Origin: Parcubacteria group bacterium LiPW_15
GTDB taxonomy: Bacteria > Patescibacteriota > Minisyncoccia > UBA6257 > 2-01-FULL-56-20
Direction: 5' to 3'
Assembly: GCA_007375645.1 (NCBI GenBank)
Contig: VMER01000003.1
Location: forward strand, 81,553-145,552
Length of the DNA stretch: 64,000 nt
Made by a program: the position numbers and the translations under genes. Shown piece after piece: positions 37,737 through 47,106 of this stretch (positions are counted from its first letter, which is position 1; every line of letters starts with the position of its first letter). The notes beneath the pieces are model-generated. The model had not been told where the DNA came from. It searched no databases and saw only the letters and a list, made by a program, of their open reading frames with translations.

Positions 37737-39863
37737 TTAGTTTTCGTTAAGCCGCTTCAAGGATAATCCAATTCTCCCTTCTTCCGCGCGGATGACTTTT
37801 GCACGCACGAAATCGCCTAGTTTTACGACTTCGTCCACGGTCTTAACAAAACCGTCTTTAAGCTCGGAAACGTGGATCATTCCGTCCATGCCTCCGCCCA
37901 AGTCCACGATCGCGCCGAATTCCATTATCTTAATAATGTTTCCTTCGACGATATCGCCCACTTTAATGTCGCGGGTTATCATATTTATTTCTTCGAGAGC
38001 GGCGTTAAGCGAAGCCTGATCGGAGCTCCCCACGGAAACCGCGCCATCCTCTTCGATATCGATGCCCGCGAGTTTGTATTTCTCGATGAGACCGTTGATG
38101 ACTTTGCCTCCGGGGCCGATGAGGGCGCCGATCTTTTCCTTGCTGATTCTGATACGCACGACTTTCGGCGCATACTTGGAAATTTCTTTCCTGGGTTCGG
38201 GAATTATTCCCTTAATAACATCAAGTATCTGGAGTCTTGCGGCTTTGGCCTGAGCCAAAGTTTTCTCCGCCATCTCGAGGGTCAGTCCTTCGAGCTTCAC
38301 GTCCAATTGGATGGCATTGATGCCGTCCTTGGTTCCGGCAACTTTAAAATCCATGTCGCCGTAGTGGTCTTCCGGACCCTGGAGGTCGGTCAAAACTTTA
38401 TAGTCTCCTTTGTCGTTGGACATAAGTCCCATCGCTATTCCGGCAACCGGTTTTTTTATCGGCACACCCGCATCCATCAAAGATAAGGTGGTCGCACAAA
38501 CGGTAGCCATCGAAGAAGAGCCGTTCGAAGAAAGAATTTCGGAAACCACGCGAATGGTATATGGGAATTCATCTGCAGTCGGAAGAACGGGAAGAACGGC
38601 TTTGAGGGCCAATGCTCCGTGGCCGATCTCGCGCCTTCCCGGAGTGCCCAAGCGGCCGGTCTCTCCGACGGAATACGGCGGAAAGTTATAGTGCAGCATG
38701 AACCTGCGTTTGCCGTTCGTCTCCATGGTCTCGATAACCTGTTCTTGTCCCGGAGGAGCAATGGTGGTTATGGCCAAAGCCTGAGTATTGCCGCGCACGA
38801 AGAGTCCGGAGCCGTGAGTGCGCTCGAAAAGTCCGACTTCGCCGTCCAACGGACGAATCTCATCCATCTTGCGGCTATCGGGACGGAGTTCTTTTTCTAG
38901 AATATTTTTATGAACCAAATTATCGATAACGGTCTCGAAAAGATGCTCCACCGTCATCTTATTCAGATCCTCAAACTTGGATTCAAGCTCGGCGGTGAGT
39001 CCGGCCTTCAAACTGGCAAGCCGGCGTTCGCGCTCAACTTTGTCGAGCGGATGCGAACCATCGCGCGGAGTAAGATGCGGGTAAACCGCTTCGTAAGCCT
39101 TCCCTTCCATATACGATTCCACAGCGGAGACAAGCGCCGGATCGGGTTCTGCCAACTTAACATCGGCTTTCGGCTGGCCCAATTCCGCTACCAATTTTTT
39201 CTGGAAAGCCACGAGAGTGTCCACCGCGTTCATTCCGAGTTTCAAGGCTTCCAAGGCATCCGCCTCCTGGGTATCGGAACCGCTCATCTCGATCATGTTG
39301 AGCTTCCCGGCCGGTCCGGCGACAAACGCTTCCATTTCTACATTCTGGGAGTTTAATTCTATCTGCGAAGGATTCACAACAAATTTACCGCCGATCTTCC
39401 CGATGCGGACTCCGGCTGCCGGTCCGTTCCAAGGAATGTCGGAGATGGCCAAGGCGGCGGAAATCGCCAAGAGCCCCAGCTGTTCCGGTTCGTTTTCTTC
39501 ATCGAGCGCAAGCACGGTCACGATAACCTGTATATCGCGGCGAAGGCGCTGATCGAAAAGCGGACGGATGGTGCGGTCGATTATGCGGCCGGCAAGCACA
39601 GCTTCTTCGGAAGCCTTGCCTTCGCGGCGCACGTAGCGGCTGCCCAATATCTTTCCTGCGGCATAAAATCTTTCTTCATAATCAACCTTGAGGGGCATGT
39701 AGTCTCCCTCGGTGTCTTCTCCGGACATTACCACAGTCGCCAAAACCACGGTTTCTCCGCACTTGGCCATGACCGCGGCGTTAGCCTGTTCGGCAATGGA
39801 CGAAACTTCTAGGGTTATCTTTTTACCTCCGAGTTCAACCTCGTATGTTTTTCTTTTTATCAT
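37737..39863 (-). CDS. pnp: polyribonucleotide nucleotidyltransferase (PNPase)
   Basis: Two RNase PH domains and C-terminal KH and S1 domains; 708 aa. Confidence 0.9.
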   Translation of the reverse strand: MIKRKTYEVELGGKKITLEVSSIAEQANAAVMAKCGETVVLATVVMSGEDTEGDYMPLKVDYEERFYAAGKILGSRYVRREGKASEEAVLAGRIIDRTIRPLFDQRLRRDIQVIVTVLALDEENEPEQLGLLAISAALAISDIPWNGPAAGVRIGKIGGKFVVNPSQIELNSQNVEMEAFVAGPAGKLNMIEMSGSDTQEADALEALKLGMNAVDTLVAFQKKLVAELGQPKADVKLAEPDPALVSAVESYMEGKAYEAVYPHLTPRDGSHPLDKVERERRLASLKAGLTAELESKFEDLNKMTVEHLFETVIDNLVHKNILEKELRPDSRKMDEIRPLDGEVGLFERTHGSGLFVRGNTQALAITTIAPPGQEQVIETMETNGKRRFMLHYNFPPYSVGETGRLGTPGRREIGHGALALKAVLPVLPTADEFPYTIRVVSEILSSNGSSSMATVCATTLSLMDAGVPIKKPVAGIAMGLMSNDKGDYKVLTDLQGPEDHYGDMDFKVAGTKDGINAIQLDVKLEGLTLEMAEKTLAQAKAARLQILDVIKGIIPEPRKEISKYAPKVVRIRISKEKIGALIGPGGKVINGLIEKYKLAGIDIEEDGAVSVGSSDQASLNAALEEINMITRDIKVGDIVEGNIIKIMEFGAIVDLGGGMDGMIHVSELKDGFVKTVDEVVKLGDFVRAKVIRAEEGRIGLSLKRLNEN

Positions 39864-39996
39864 TTTATTTTTATTTTGCTTCCGGCCGAGAGATTAACGA
39901 ATTCTGAGCAGAGAACCTGATTCTCTATTCACAATTCATTAATCCGACCCATGCGAAGCGCTTTGTTTTATCTTTTAGCTGCGCCTGACCAAAGAA

Positions 39997-40545
39997 CTAC
40001 TTTCGGATAATGCTTTTTGGGATCGTCTCAATGTTGGTGAATTTGTCCGCGGACTCATGCAATTTGGACGAAGCGCTCTTTCCGAAAGCCGCCACCTCCA
40101 CATAAACTCCTTTTCCCCATTTTAAAAATTCGACCAGGGGGATAAAGTCGCCGTCACCGGTCACAAGAACCACGACGTCCAATGAATCGGCCATGCGAAT
40201 GGCATCTACCGCCATTCCCACATCCCAATCCGCCTTCTTGGTTCCGTCGGCCCACATCTGAAGATCTTTCATCCGGAGTTCCAGTCCCGCCTTCTCGAGT
40301 GCTTCAAAAAAAGAAGCCTCCGTGGAAAGGGACCTTGCCCCTTCGGGACGAGCAGCTTCAGCCGGCGTTCCTTCGCTTTTGACCACATAGGCAATAGCGC
40401 GAATAAGCTCGCGTCCATCCACGAGGTTTTTCATCAGTTCCGCGTAGTTAACGCGGCCGCGATACATGTTGCGCGCAGAATGATACAGGTTTTGGACATC
40501 TATAAAGATTCCGACCCGTTGATTCGCGTAGCGCGTGTTTGCCAT
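39997..40545 (-). CDS. NYN/LabA-like (PIN-like) domain protein
   Basis: GIFIDVQNLYHS .. VVLVTGDGDFIPLV acidic-residue pattern of the NYN/LabA family. Confidence 0.65.
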   Translation of the reverse strand: MANTRYANQRVGIFIDVQNLYHSARNMYRGRVNYAELMKNLVDGRELIRAIAYVVKSEGTPAEAARPEGARSLSTEASFFEALEKAGLELRMKDLQMWADGTKKADWDVGMAVDAIRMADSLDVVVLVTGDGDFIPLVEFLKWGKGVYVEVAAFGKSASSKLHESADKFTNIETIPKSIIRK

Positions 40546-40549
40546 TGGT

Positions 40550-40816
40550 TTACTTCTTGAGATCCAGCTTCTTCAAAAGCTTCTCGTACTTTTCCGGCTC
40601 TTTCTTTTTCATATAAGCCAGGAGCTTGCGGCGCTGACTCACCATCTTTAAAAGACCGCGGCGGGAATGATTGTCCTTGGCGTGCTTCTTCAAATGAGCG
40701 GTAAGCTCGTCGATCTGCTTCGAAAGTACCGCGATCTGAACACCGGCAGAACCGGTATCCTTATCATGCGCGGCGTGTTCACCTATTACTTTTGTCTTAG
40801 TTCGCTTGGAAAGCAT
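40550..40816 (-). CDS. rpsO: 30S ribosomal protein S15
   Basis: 89 aa from the ATG at 40816 (MLSKRTKTKVIGEHAAHDKDTGS..HLKKHAKDNHSRRGLL..). The ORF-track N-terminal extension is rejected. Confidence 0.85.
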   Translation of the reverse strand: MLSKRTKTKVIGEHAAHDKDTGSAGVQIAVLSKQIDELTAHLKKHAKDNHSRRGLLKMVSQRRKLLAYMKKKEPEKYEKLLKKLDLKK

Positions 40817-41102
40817 AGGCCTATAATACAGCGCTTTTGCTTTTTTTGCAAGTATTTTTAAAAGATCCGCCCCCAAATACGAAAATGGAGCCCCCGTGGG
40901 GCTCCGTGTGTTGGCTCGCTGAAGGCGAGCAGAATTTGATCAGCCGTAAGGCCGATTTTGGCTAGCTATTTTGGAATCATTGGGCTGACTTAATACTAGC
41001 ATCTAACCTGTCCGGCGCAATCGGGGGGGGTGTGGACAACTTTTTTGCCTAGCTCTCTCGGGAACGCGGTTCGCTTATCCTGCGAAAGCGCCCACTGCGC
41101 TC

Positions 41103-41122
41103 CCTGCCTGCCGGCAGGCAGG
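41103..41122. repeat. palindromic repeat copy A: CCTGCCTGCC|GGCAGGCAGG, followed 3 nt later by GGCGAAGCG
   Basis: Direct inspection; the same 20-bp palindrome occurs at 45298-45317 and a degenerate copy at 57682-57711. Confidence 0.6.
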
Positions 41123-41268
41123 TCGGCGAAGCGACCTTGGCGACACCTAGCCTAGCGGGGCTCCGAGGGCCCCTGCCGAAAACAAAACTCGTTGGGGGGG
41201 TTGGGGCAGAAAGCAAACTCGCGCGAAACGATCCTCCTGTCGCAAAATATTAGTGCTAGAATATATAC

Positions 41269-42153
41269 ATGGCTTCGCTTGATAGGCTTTTTACCGATTA
41301 TCTTAATTACCTGGAGATAGAGAAAAACCGCTCGGTTAAAACCCGGGAAAATTATGAACAGTACCTCAAGCGATTTTTCGCCTTCGCCAAACCGAAATCC
41401 CCCGAAGACATCACTGAGGAATCGGTTCGTTCTTTCCGGGTGGCGCTCTCGAGAGAAAACATCAAAAAAATAACCCAGGGCTACTACGCGATAGCGATAA
41501 GGAATTTTTTGAAATATCTCGCGAAACGCGACGTCCTCTCTTTAGCTCCGGATAAGATCGAACTCCCGAAAATGAACCGGCGCGACATTGAGGTTGTGGA
41601 ATACAAAGATATGGAACGCCTGCTCACGCCTCCCAAAGACCCGAATCTCCGGGACTTAAGAGATTGGGCGATACTCGAAACTCTTTTTTCCACGGGACTG
41701 CGCGTTTCCGAGATCTGCTCTTTGGACCGGTACCTGGACCTGGAACGCGGAGAGTTCTCGGTGCGCGGCAAGGGCGAAAAGATACGAGTCGTGTTCCTTT
41801 CCGACGGCGCACGGCGCGCGATTAAAATGTATTTGGACAAAAGAACGGATGCGGATCCGGCGATGTTTGTGAGCCTTACCAAGAATGGCGCTGTCTTGGG
41901 ACGCATAATCCCCCGCGCGGTGCAAAGACTCATCGATACCCGCGCCAAACGCGCCGGTATCGGCAAACACGTTCATCCCCACGAGCTCCGGCACAGCTTC
42001 GCGACAGACTTACTTATAAACGGAGCGGATATCCGGGCGGTGCAGGAGATGCTCGGGCATTCCAATATTGCGACCACGCAAATCTACACCCACCTGACCA
42101 ATAAGGAGCTCAAAGACGTCCACAAATCTTTTCACGGCAGACGGAGAAAATGA
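41269..42153 (+). CDS. tyrosine recombinase, XerC/XerD family
   Basis: N-terminal SAM-like domain; C-terminal R..HxxR..Y catalytic residues (HPHELRHSFATDLL .. TQIYTHL). Confidence 0.8.
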   Translation: MASLDRLFTDYLNYLEIEKNRSVKTRENYEQYLKRFFAFAKPKSPEDITEESVRSFRVALSRENIKKITQGYYAIAIRNFLKYLAKRDVLSLAPDKIELPKMNRRDIEVVEYKDMERLLTPPKDPNLRDLRDWAILETLFSTGLRVSEICSLDRYLDLERGEFSVRGKGEKIRVVFLSDGARRAIKMYLDKRTDADPAMFVSLTKNGAVLGRIIPRAVQRLIDTRAKRAGIGKHVHPHELRHSFATDLLINGADIRAVQEMLGHSNIATTQIYTHLTNKELKDVHKSFHGRRRK

Positions 42154-43568
42154 AGATTATTCCCGGCCTCAGAACCTTGCGCTCTGATTTTATTAGAACC
42201 GCGGCTTGGATCTTGTGCGCAGTCGCCATATTTGTTTTTTTGGTAGCCTCAGCAGAAGTTCTCCGCACGAATGCCATCTTTGATTATGGCGAGGGGGTTG
42301 TTTTGAATCTGGCCAAGAACTTAATGGACAAGGGCACATATTTTTTCGACATAAACCACCCGCCCTTTATTCACGGAGTTTATCCCCCAATTTTCCCCCT
42401 GCTCATTTCGCTCGCCTGGCACAGCGCTCCTCCGCTTTTGTTCGGACGCCTGCTTTCGTTTGTCGCGGCTTTGGCCTCGGCATTCGTCCTGTATAAATTG
42501 CTTCGGGGAAAAATTGCAGCCGAACCGTCGGCTCAGCTGGCAATCATATTTTTGACTTCTTGGTTCATGATCTCCTTCGCTCCAATTTTAAGAATAGATA
42601 CCTTGGCGGTATTCCTTAGCCTCGTGGGAATCTATTGTTTTTTAAATCTCGGCTCCCGCTTTTGGATATCGGGCCCGATATTCATTCTGGCTTTCTACAC
42701 CAAGCAAACCGCCATCATTGCTCCGATCGCCGTTCTTCTCTGCCTGGCGGCCGGTCAAAATTGGAAGAAACTCGGAGTTTTCTCGGCATCTTATCTTCTG
42801 CCGCTCGCCGTATCATTTTTCACAATAAACGCGGCGACTGCGGGCCAGTTTGCGTTGCACCTTTTTACCTATAACAACATCGCCCTCAACTGGACGCACA
42901 TCTGGGGTGGATATGCCGCTTTTTCCCTGAGCTGTCTCCCTCTTTTCGCACTGCTGGTTTTGAACTCCGGGAAAAAAGAACTTTCTTTCTTCCACATATA
43001 CTTTTTCCTGTCCTTTCTGTCGCTTTTTTCTTTCGCAAAACCGGGCGCAAGTTCAAATTACTTCATCGAACCCCTTGCCGCGCTGATCCTATTGATCGGT
43101 TACCTCTTATCTGCCGACCAAAGAAGCAGTGTCCTCGGAAAAAGTTATTTGCGGACGGAGATATTTTTTTCCGCGCAGCTTATCCTCTCCATGCTGGTAT
43201 TCTTTAATTTTCTCGCAAGCCCCTTAAGTCCGCCGAAACCCACCCAGGAAATGGTGATTCGGGAGATAAACAACGCGCCGCCGGGAGAAATATTGAGCGA
43301 GGAAATAGGATATTTGGTTCTGGCGGGTAAAGACGTGCATCTTGAACCCTTCCAATTCTCACGGCTCGCAAAAGAGGGGCGCTGGGATGACTCCCCGCTT
43401 ATAAAGGATTGTGAAGCCAGTAAATTCTCACTGGTCTGGGCGGGGCCGAGGATCTTGAGCTTGCCGAACTTGGCCGGATGCCTCAATCGATTCTACGCGC
43501 GCCAAACCCTGCCCGGAGGATATTTTCTATATACGAAGAAATCGGCTCCGCCCTCCGCTTCCTTATAG
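42150..43568 (+). CDS. large polytopic membrane protein, putative GT-C-fold glycosyltransferase (ArnT/PMT-like)
   Basis: 472 aa with at least 11 TM helices. Its start overlaps the xerC stop. Architecture-based call. Confidence 0.4.
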   Translation: MKIIPGLRTLRSDFIRTAAWILCAVAIFVFLVASAEVLRTNAIFDYGEGVVLNLAKNLMDKGTYFFDINHPPFIHGVYPPIFPLLISLAWHSAPPLLFGRLLSFVAALASAFVLYKLLRGKIAAEPSAQLAIIFLTSWFMISFAPILRIDTLAVFLSLVGIYCFLNLGSRFWISGPIFILAFYTKQTAIIAPIAVLLCLAAGQNWKKLGVFSASYLLPLAVSFFTINAATAGQFALHLFTYNNIALNWTHIWGGYAAFSLSCLPLFALLVLNSGKKELSFFHIYFFLSFLSLFSFAKPGASSNYFIEPLAALILLIGYLLSADQRSSVLGKSYLRTEIFFSAQLILSMLVFFNFLASPLSPPKPTQEMVIREINNAPPGEILSEEIGYLVLAGKDVHLEPFQFSRLAKEGRWDDSPLIKDCEASKFSLVWAGPRILSLPNLAGCLNRFYARQTLPGGYFLYTKKSAPPSASL

Positions 43569-44954
43569 GACCGGACAACTGAACCCGTAAGTGCATCCCG
43601 CTTCAAGCGCGAAACTCAAAATTACGAGCAGTAAGACTGCCGCCAATTGCCATGGCTTCTTTATTTTTTTCTCCAAGAGCCAGCAAAGGAGTCCCACGGA
43701 AAAAATAAGTCCCGGAAAATAATGATAGAGGAACGTGCTCCTGTTGACTGCGGAAAAATACGGCGCGAGCGAAGCAAAATATCCGGCGAAAAGCAGGAAT
43801 GGAATTTTGATATTTTCCCCATCCAGGATATCCCCTTTTTGTTTATACCGTTTGTAAAAACCCGCGAGCAACCAAAGAAATGCGTATAGGGCGGCCGCGG
43901 AACCCAGGAACCACACTGCGTAGTTTCCGACCAAGACCAGGTTGCCAGTTTTCTCTTTGGAGTCGAAATAGAGCATGGATTTTTTGGCGATAGGCCACTC
44001 GTACCAGCTGCTCTGCAGCGGATGATCTTTGGCTCCGTAAAGATAGCCGCTAAGGCCGGCATCTATGTCCTGCAGAAACGCCGCCCCGCCGTATAAAGTT
44101 TTTTTGAGCGCAGAAAAATTTTCGATGGAGATCCTGTCTTTTGCGCCCAAAAGTTTTCTCGCCAGATTTATATTGTCGGCAAGCGGAAACACCGCGAAGT
44201 TTAAAAGATATATAACGCAAAGCGTGGCAATGGCGGAGAAGAAAAACTTTATGGCTCGCGAAACCCTCTCCTTGTTCATTCTTGCCAAGATGAGATCGGC
44301 CACGATAACGCCCAAAAATGAAACGGTCATGAGTTTTACCGAAAAGGCCAGTCCCAGAAATACTCCGGCCAGGGCAACGTGTTTTTTCCCTTCAAGATAA
44401 AGCGCGAGCGCAATGAATCCGAGCGTCAAATACATGCCGTTCATAAGGATGAGCTTGGTCTCAAGGAGCAAGGCGTTGTCGAACACCAAGAACGCCGCGC
44501 CAAGAAGCGCGGTTATGTCGCTGAGTTTTAGAGTTTTCAAAAACACGAAAAAGGCCAGCGGGAGAAGAAGCCCGAAAAGCGAAGAAATTATACGAAGCAA
44601 AATGTAAGGAAATTTCCCGTATGTATCCGGCCGATAGGCCATGTCCACTTTAAATTCATTCCCGGGAGTGCTGGTAACGGTAAAAGAAACGAACTCCACG
44701 GAACCGGCGAACGGATTTCCCGAAGCCACGAGCGCAGCTCCATAGATCATCTTGCCGAGCGGAGGATGAATATCGAAGTACGCGACGTTCTTTGCGTAGT
44801 CGGCCGCGTAAGTGGAAAAGTGCGCCTCATCGAAAACCGGCTCTGCCGGATAAGAAGCGCGATAGAGATGAAGCCCTAAATTGATCAGGGTTAAAACCCC
44901 AAGAATTATTGCTATCGTCTTTCTGCTGAGTTCTTTGTGAATCCAAGAATTCAT
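43563..44954 (-). CDS. GT39 / PMT-family (dolichyl-phosphate-mannose protein mannosyltransferase-like) membrane glycosyltransferase
   Basis: N-terminal loop motif DEAHFSTYAADY..FDIHPPLGKMIYGA (the DE...HPPL signature). ATG at 44954, with a GGAG SD, chosen to avoid the tRNA overlap of ORF-track 43563..45152. Confidence 0.6.
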   Translation of the reverse strand: MNSWIHKELSRKTIAIILGVLTLINLGLHLYRASYPAEPVFDEAHFSTYAADYAKNVAYFDIHPPLGKMIYGAALVASGNPFAGSVEFVSFTVTSTPGNEFKVDMAYRPDTYGKFPYILLRIISSLFGLLLPLAFFVFLKTLKLSDITALLGAAFLVFDNALLLETKLILMNGMYLTLGFIALALYLEGKKHVALAGVFLGLAFSVKLMTVSFLGVIVADLILARMNKERVSRAIKFFFSAIATLCVIYLLNFAVFPLADNINLARKLLGAKDRISIENFSALKKTLYGGAAFLQDIDAGLSGYLYGAKDHPLQSSWYEWPIAKKSMLYFDSKEKTGNLVLVGNYAVWFLGSAAALYAFLWLLAGFYKRYKQKGDILDGENIKIPFLLFAGYFASLAPYFSAVNRSTFLYHYFPGLIFSVGLLCWLLEKKIKKPWQLAAVLLLVILSFALEAGCTYGFSCPVL

Positions 44955-44994
44955 AGTGTATTTTCTCCGCCTAAGTGCGTCCCGTACAAAGTGC

Positions 44995-45060
44995 TGGGGG
45001 CGGGAGTTGAACCCGCACGCCTTGCGGCGCTGGCTCCTAAAGCTAGTGCGCCCTCCCACC
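44995..45060 (-). pseudogene. tRNA-Leu(TAG)-derived remnant (anticodon arm to 3' end retained, D-arm and 5' acceptor lost)
   Basis: The reverse complement ..GTGGGAGGGCGCA-CTAGC-TTTAGGA-GCCAG..GCGGGTTCAACTCCCGC.. aligns to the 3' two-thirds of the adjacent tRNA-Leu but cannot form an acceptor stem or D-arm. Confidence 0.35.
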
Positions 45061-45065
45061 TCTTG

Positions 45066-45150
45066 TGCCCGGGGGGAGATTTGAACTCCCATGATCTTGC
45101 GATCGCTAGCTCCTAAAGCTAGTGCGTATAGCCAGTTTCGCCACCCGGGC
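45066..45150 (-). tRNA. tRNA-Leu(TAG)
   Basis: Reverse complement: GCCCGGG-TG-GCGAAACTGGCTATACGC-A-CTAGC-TTTAGGA-GCTAG-CGATCGCAAGATCATG-GGAGTTCAAATCTCC-CCCGGGC-A. Class II long variable arm. Confidence 0.8.
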
Positions 45151-45297
45151 AATATCCCACCTTGTTGTTCAATTTATAATTTACCACAGAAATGCCCGAA
45201 GGGTGGGAGGGTAAATCTGCCAACTTGCCCCGTCAAAGCGAAGCTTATTCGGGGTTTCGCCACCCCAGCACTTTGAACGGGATAAATTTGCCATTTC

Positions 45298-45317
45298 CCT
45301 GCCTGCCGGCAGGCAGG
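45298..45317. repeat. palindromic repeat copy B: CCTGCCTGCC|GGCAGGCAGG, followed 35 nt later by GGCGAAGCG
   Basis: Direct inspection; in the same orientation as copy A. Confidence 0.6.
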
Positions 45318-45533
45318 GCCACCTGCTCGCCTCGCTATGGCTTCGGCGAAGCGGGCTCACTTTGACCATTCTATCCCAAAAAAAGCGATAACAAAATCTG
45401 CCGACACGGAAAATTGACTTCTGCCGTAAATTCGATATATTACAGACAGCAACCTGCGCGAAAGGAGGCGCGCGTCAAAACCGACCCAAGCCCCGCCGAA
45501 CAACGCTCAAAAACCCGAATGGGAGAAACGACC

Positions 45534-45761
45534 ATGGGATTCTTCTCGAAAAGCGAGTCCGAACGGTCCGCCGAACTCACAGGATACCGCTCCGACGGGA
45601 TCAAGGATGGGGTTTCCGGCAGGACCGACCCCCCCCACACGATCGGCGTTCTCGACCACCTGCTTCTCCGGGACAACTTCATCGAAGAGCTCCAGAAAGA
45701 CAACCAGGCCTACGCTGACGGCAACGCCATCGGCACAGCCGTAAGGAGCTCCCGGGAATAA
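45534..45761 (+). CDS. small hypothetical protein (75 aa), first gene of the GC-rich island
   Basis: GGGAG SD 8 nt upstream of the ATG at 45534 (MGFFSKSESERS..). The ORF track extends to 45414. Confidence 0.35.
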   Translation: MGFFSKSESERSAELTGYRSDGIKDGVSGRTDPPHTIGVLDHLLLRDNFIEELQKDNQAYADGNAIGTAVRSSRE

Positions 45762-45959
45762 CCCAAAATAGTTAGATATTTACTTGCGCATTTGCCCTTT
45801 GAGGCCCCCAAATCGGGGGTTTTGTTTTACTTGACTTTTTAAACATTTGGTGATATAATTTGGGCACTTGAGCGTAAAGCTCGAGCTCGCCATTTAACAA
45901 CGCGGCGGGGACGAAATCCCGCGCCGCTTCACGAGAACGAAAGAGAGAAGGAGTTTGTC

Positions 45960-47105
45960 ATGAAGAAAGACGACAAGGACAAGAAGGGCGAAGAAAAGAA
46001 GGAGGCGAAGAAGACCGGCGGATGGATCGGAAAGATCATCCGAAGCCTGATCCTCTTCCTCATCTGCACCCTACCGCTCTTGGGCGCAATCGCCTGGTGG
46101 GCGGGAATCGCGGCGGCCGTTGACGCGGCTGTCATCATCCTGGACCTCTTCATCCTGTTCCTGATCGGCAGGTTCGCGTATCGGGCCACCAAGGAGACCT
46201 TCTTCGGCGTCCCGCCGAACCAGGCCGCCATCATCGCGCGCCAGTGGTTTTCCGACGCAACTCCGGTACGAACCGGACGCGTCGTGACCCAACGGGACTT
46301 CCTGCCAGTGATCAAGATGGCAGCAAAGATCCCTTGGGCCGATCAAGCCCAGTTCGTGGAGCTCAAGGAGAAAACTCTGGACTTCACGGCCAAGGTCATC
46401 GCCATGGACGGGATGTCTATCAACATCTCGGGGACCTTGGCCTATGTTCCGGACTTCTGTATCCTGGACGCCGGCGGCGTTCCCGTCTTCGGGACCACCA
46501 CCGAAGCGGATATCGTCACGAAGGCGAGAGCGATTGCCAAGAACAAGATCGGAGCGGTCGGCAATGTGACCGACTCGGACACCATTCTCCAGAGTCTCCC
46601 AACCATCGACCAGATGCTCAAAGGAGTTATGCAGACTTCGCAGCTCCCCCACCTTCACATTCCGGGCGGGGACACTGTCCCCGCCAAAGACCTGGTCAGC
46701 TTCTACGCTGCGAACTGGAAGGCCATCGACGAGCAGATCAAGCTGCACAACGCCGCGGCGGCCGAACACTCCGACCTGGAACTCACCAACGGCATCGACA
46801 TCCGTTGGGTGAAGACCGAGTCGCCAGCCCTCTCGGCCGAAAGCCAGAAGGCCAAGGACGAGAAGGCCCGGGTGGCCGCCATCCAGAAGGGGCATGCCAA
46901 TGCCACGGCCATGGTCAAGCAGTTCATGACGGATGTTCCCAAGGCGAGTTCGGCGGCTGCGATCAATTTCGTTGCGCAGGAACTCTATCGGGACAACACG
47001 ACCCGAGTGATCAACTCGGTGGAAACATCCGAGGGAGCTGGCGCCGAAGGGCTCCTCGCTCTCGCGGCCGCGAATCTCGGCAAAGCTGCCGGAAAGGGGA
47101 AGTAA
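45960..47105 (+). CDS. SPFH / band-7 (stomatin-flotillin-like) domain membrane protein
   Basis: AAGGAG SD. N-terminal Lys/Glu-rich tail and two TM helices, then a ..PVRTGRVVTQRDFLPVI..DQAQFVELKEKTLDFTAKVIAMDGMSINISGTLAYV..GIDIRWVKTESPAL..AQELYRD pattern that fits an SPFH core followed by a coiled-coil; Ala-rich C-terminus. Confidence 0.5.
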   Translation: MKKDDKDKKGEEKKEAKKTGGWIGKIIRSLILFLICTLPLLGAIAWWAGIAAAVDAAVIILDLFILFLIGRFAYRATKETFFGVPPNQAAIIARQWFSDATPVRTGRVVTQRDFLPVIKMAAKIPWADQAQFVELKEKTLDFTAKVIAMDGMSINISGTLAYVPDFCILDAGGVPVFGTTTEADIVTKARAIAKNKIGAVGNVTDSDTILQSLPTIDQMLKGVMQTSQLPHLHIPGGDTVPAKDLVSFYAANWKAIDEQIKLHNAAAAEHSDLELTNGIDIRWVKTESPALSAESQKAKDEKARVAAIQKGHANATAMVKQFMTDVPKASSAAAINFVAQELYRDNTTRVINSVETSEGAGAEGLLALAAANLGKAAGKGK

Positions 47106-47106
47106 G

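Noticed and set aside
40880-41260. Possible tRNA or rRNA fragment in the GC-rich, G-run-containing rpsO-xerC spacer
   Set aside because: No T-loop or acceptor pairing could be built. Only the palindromic repeat and a leader-like hairpin upstream of rpsO were recognised.
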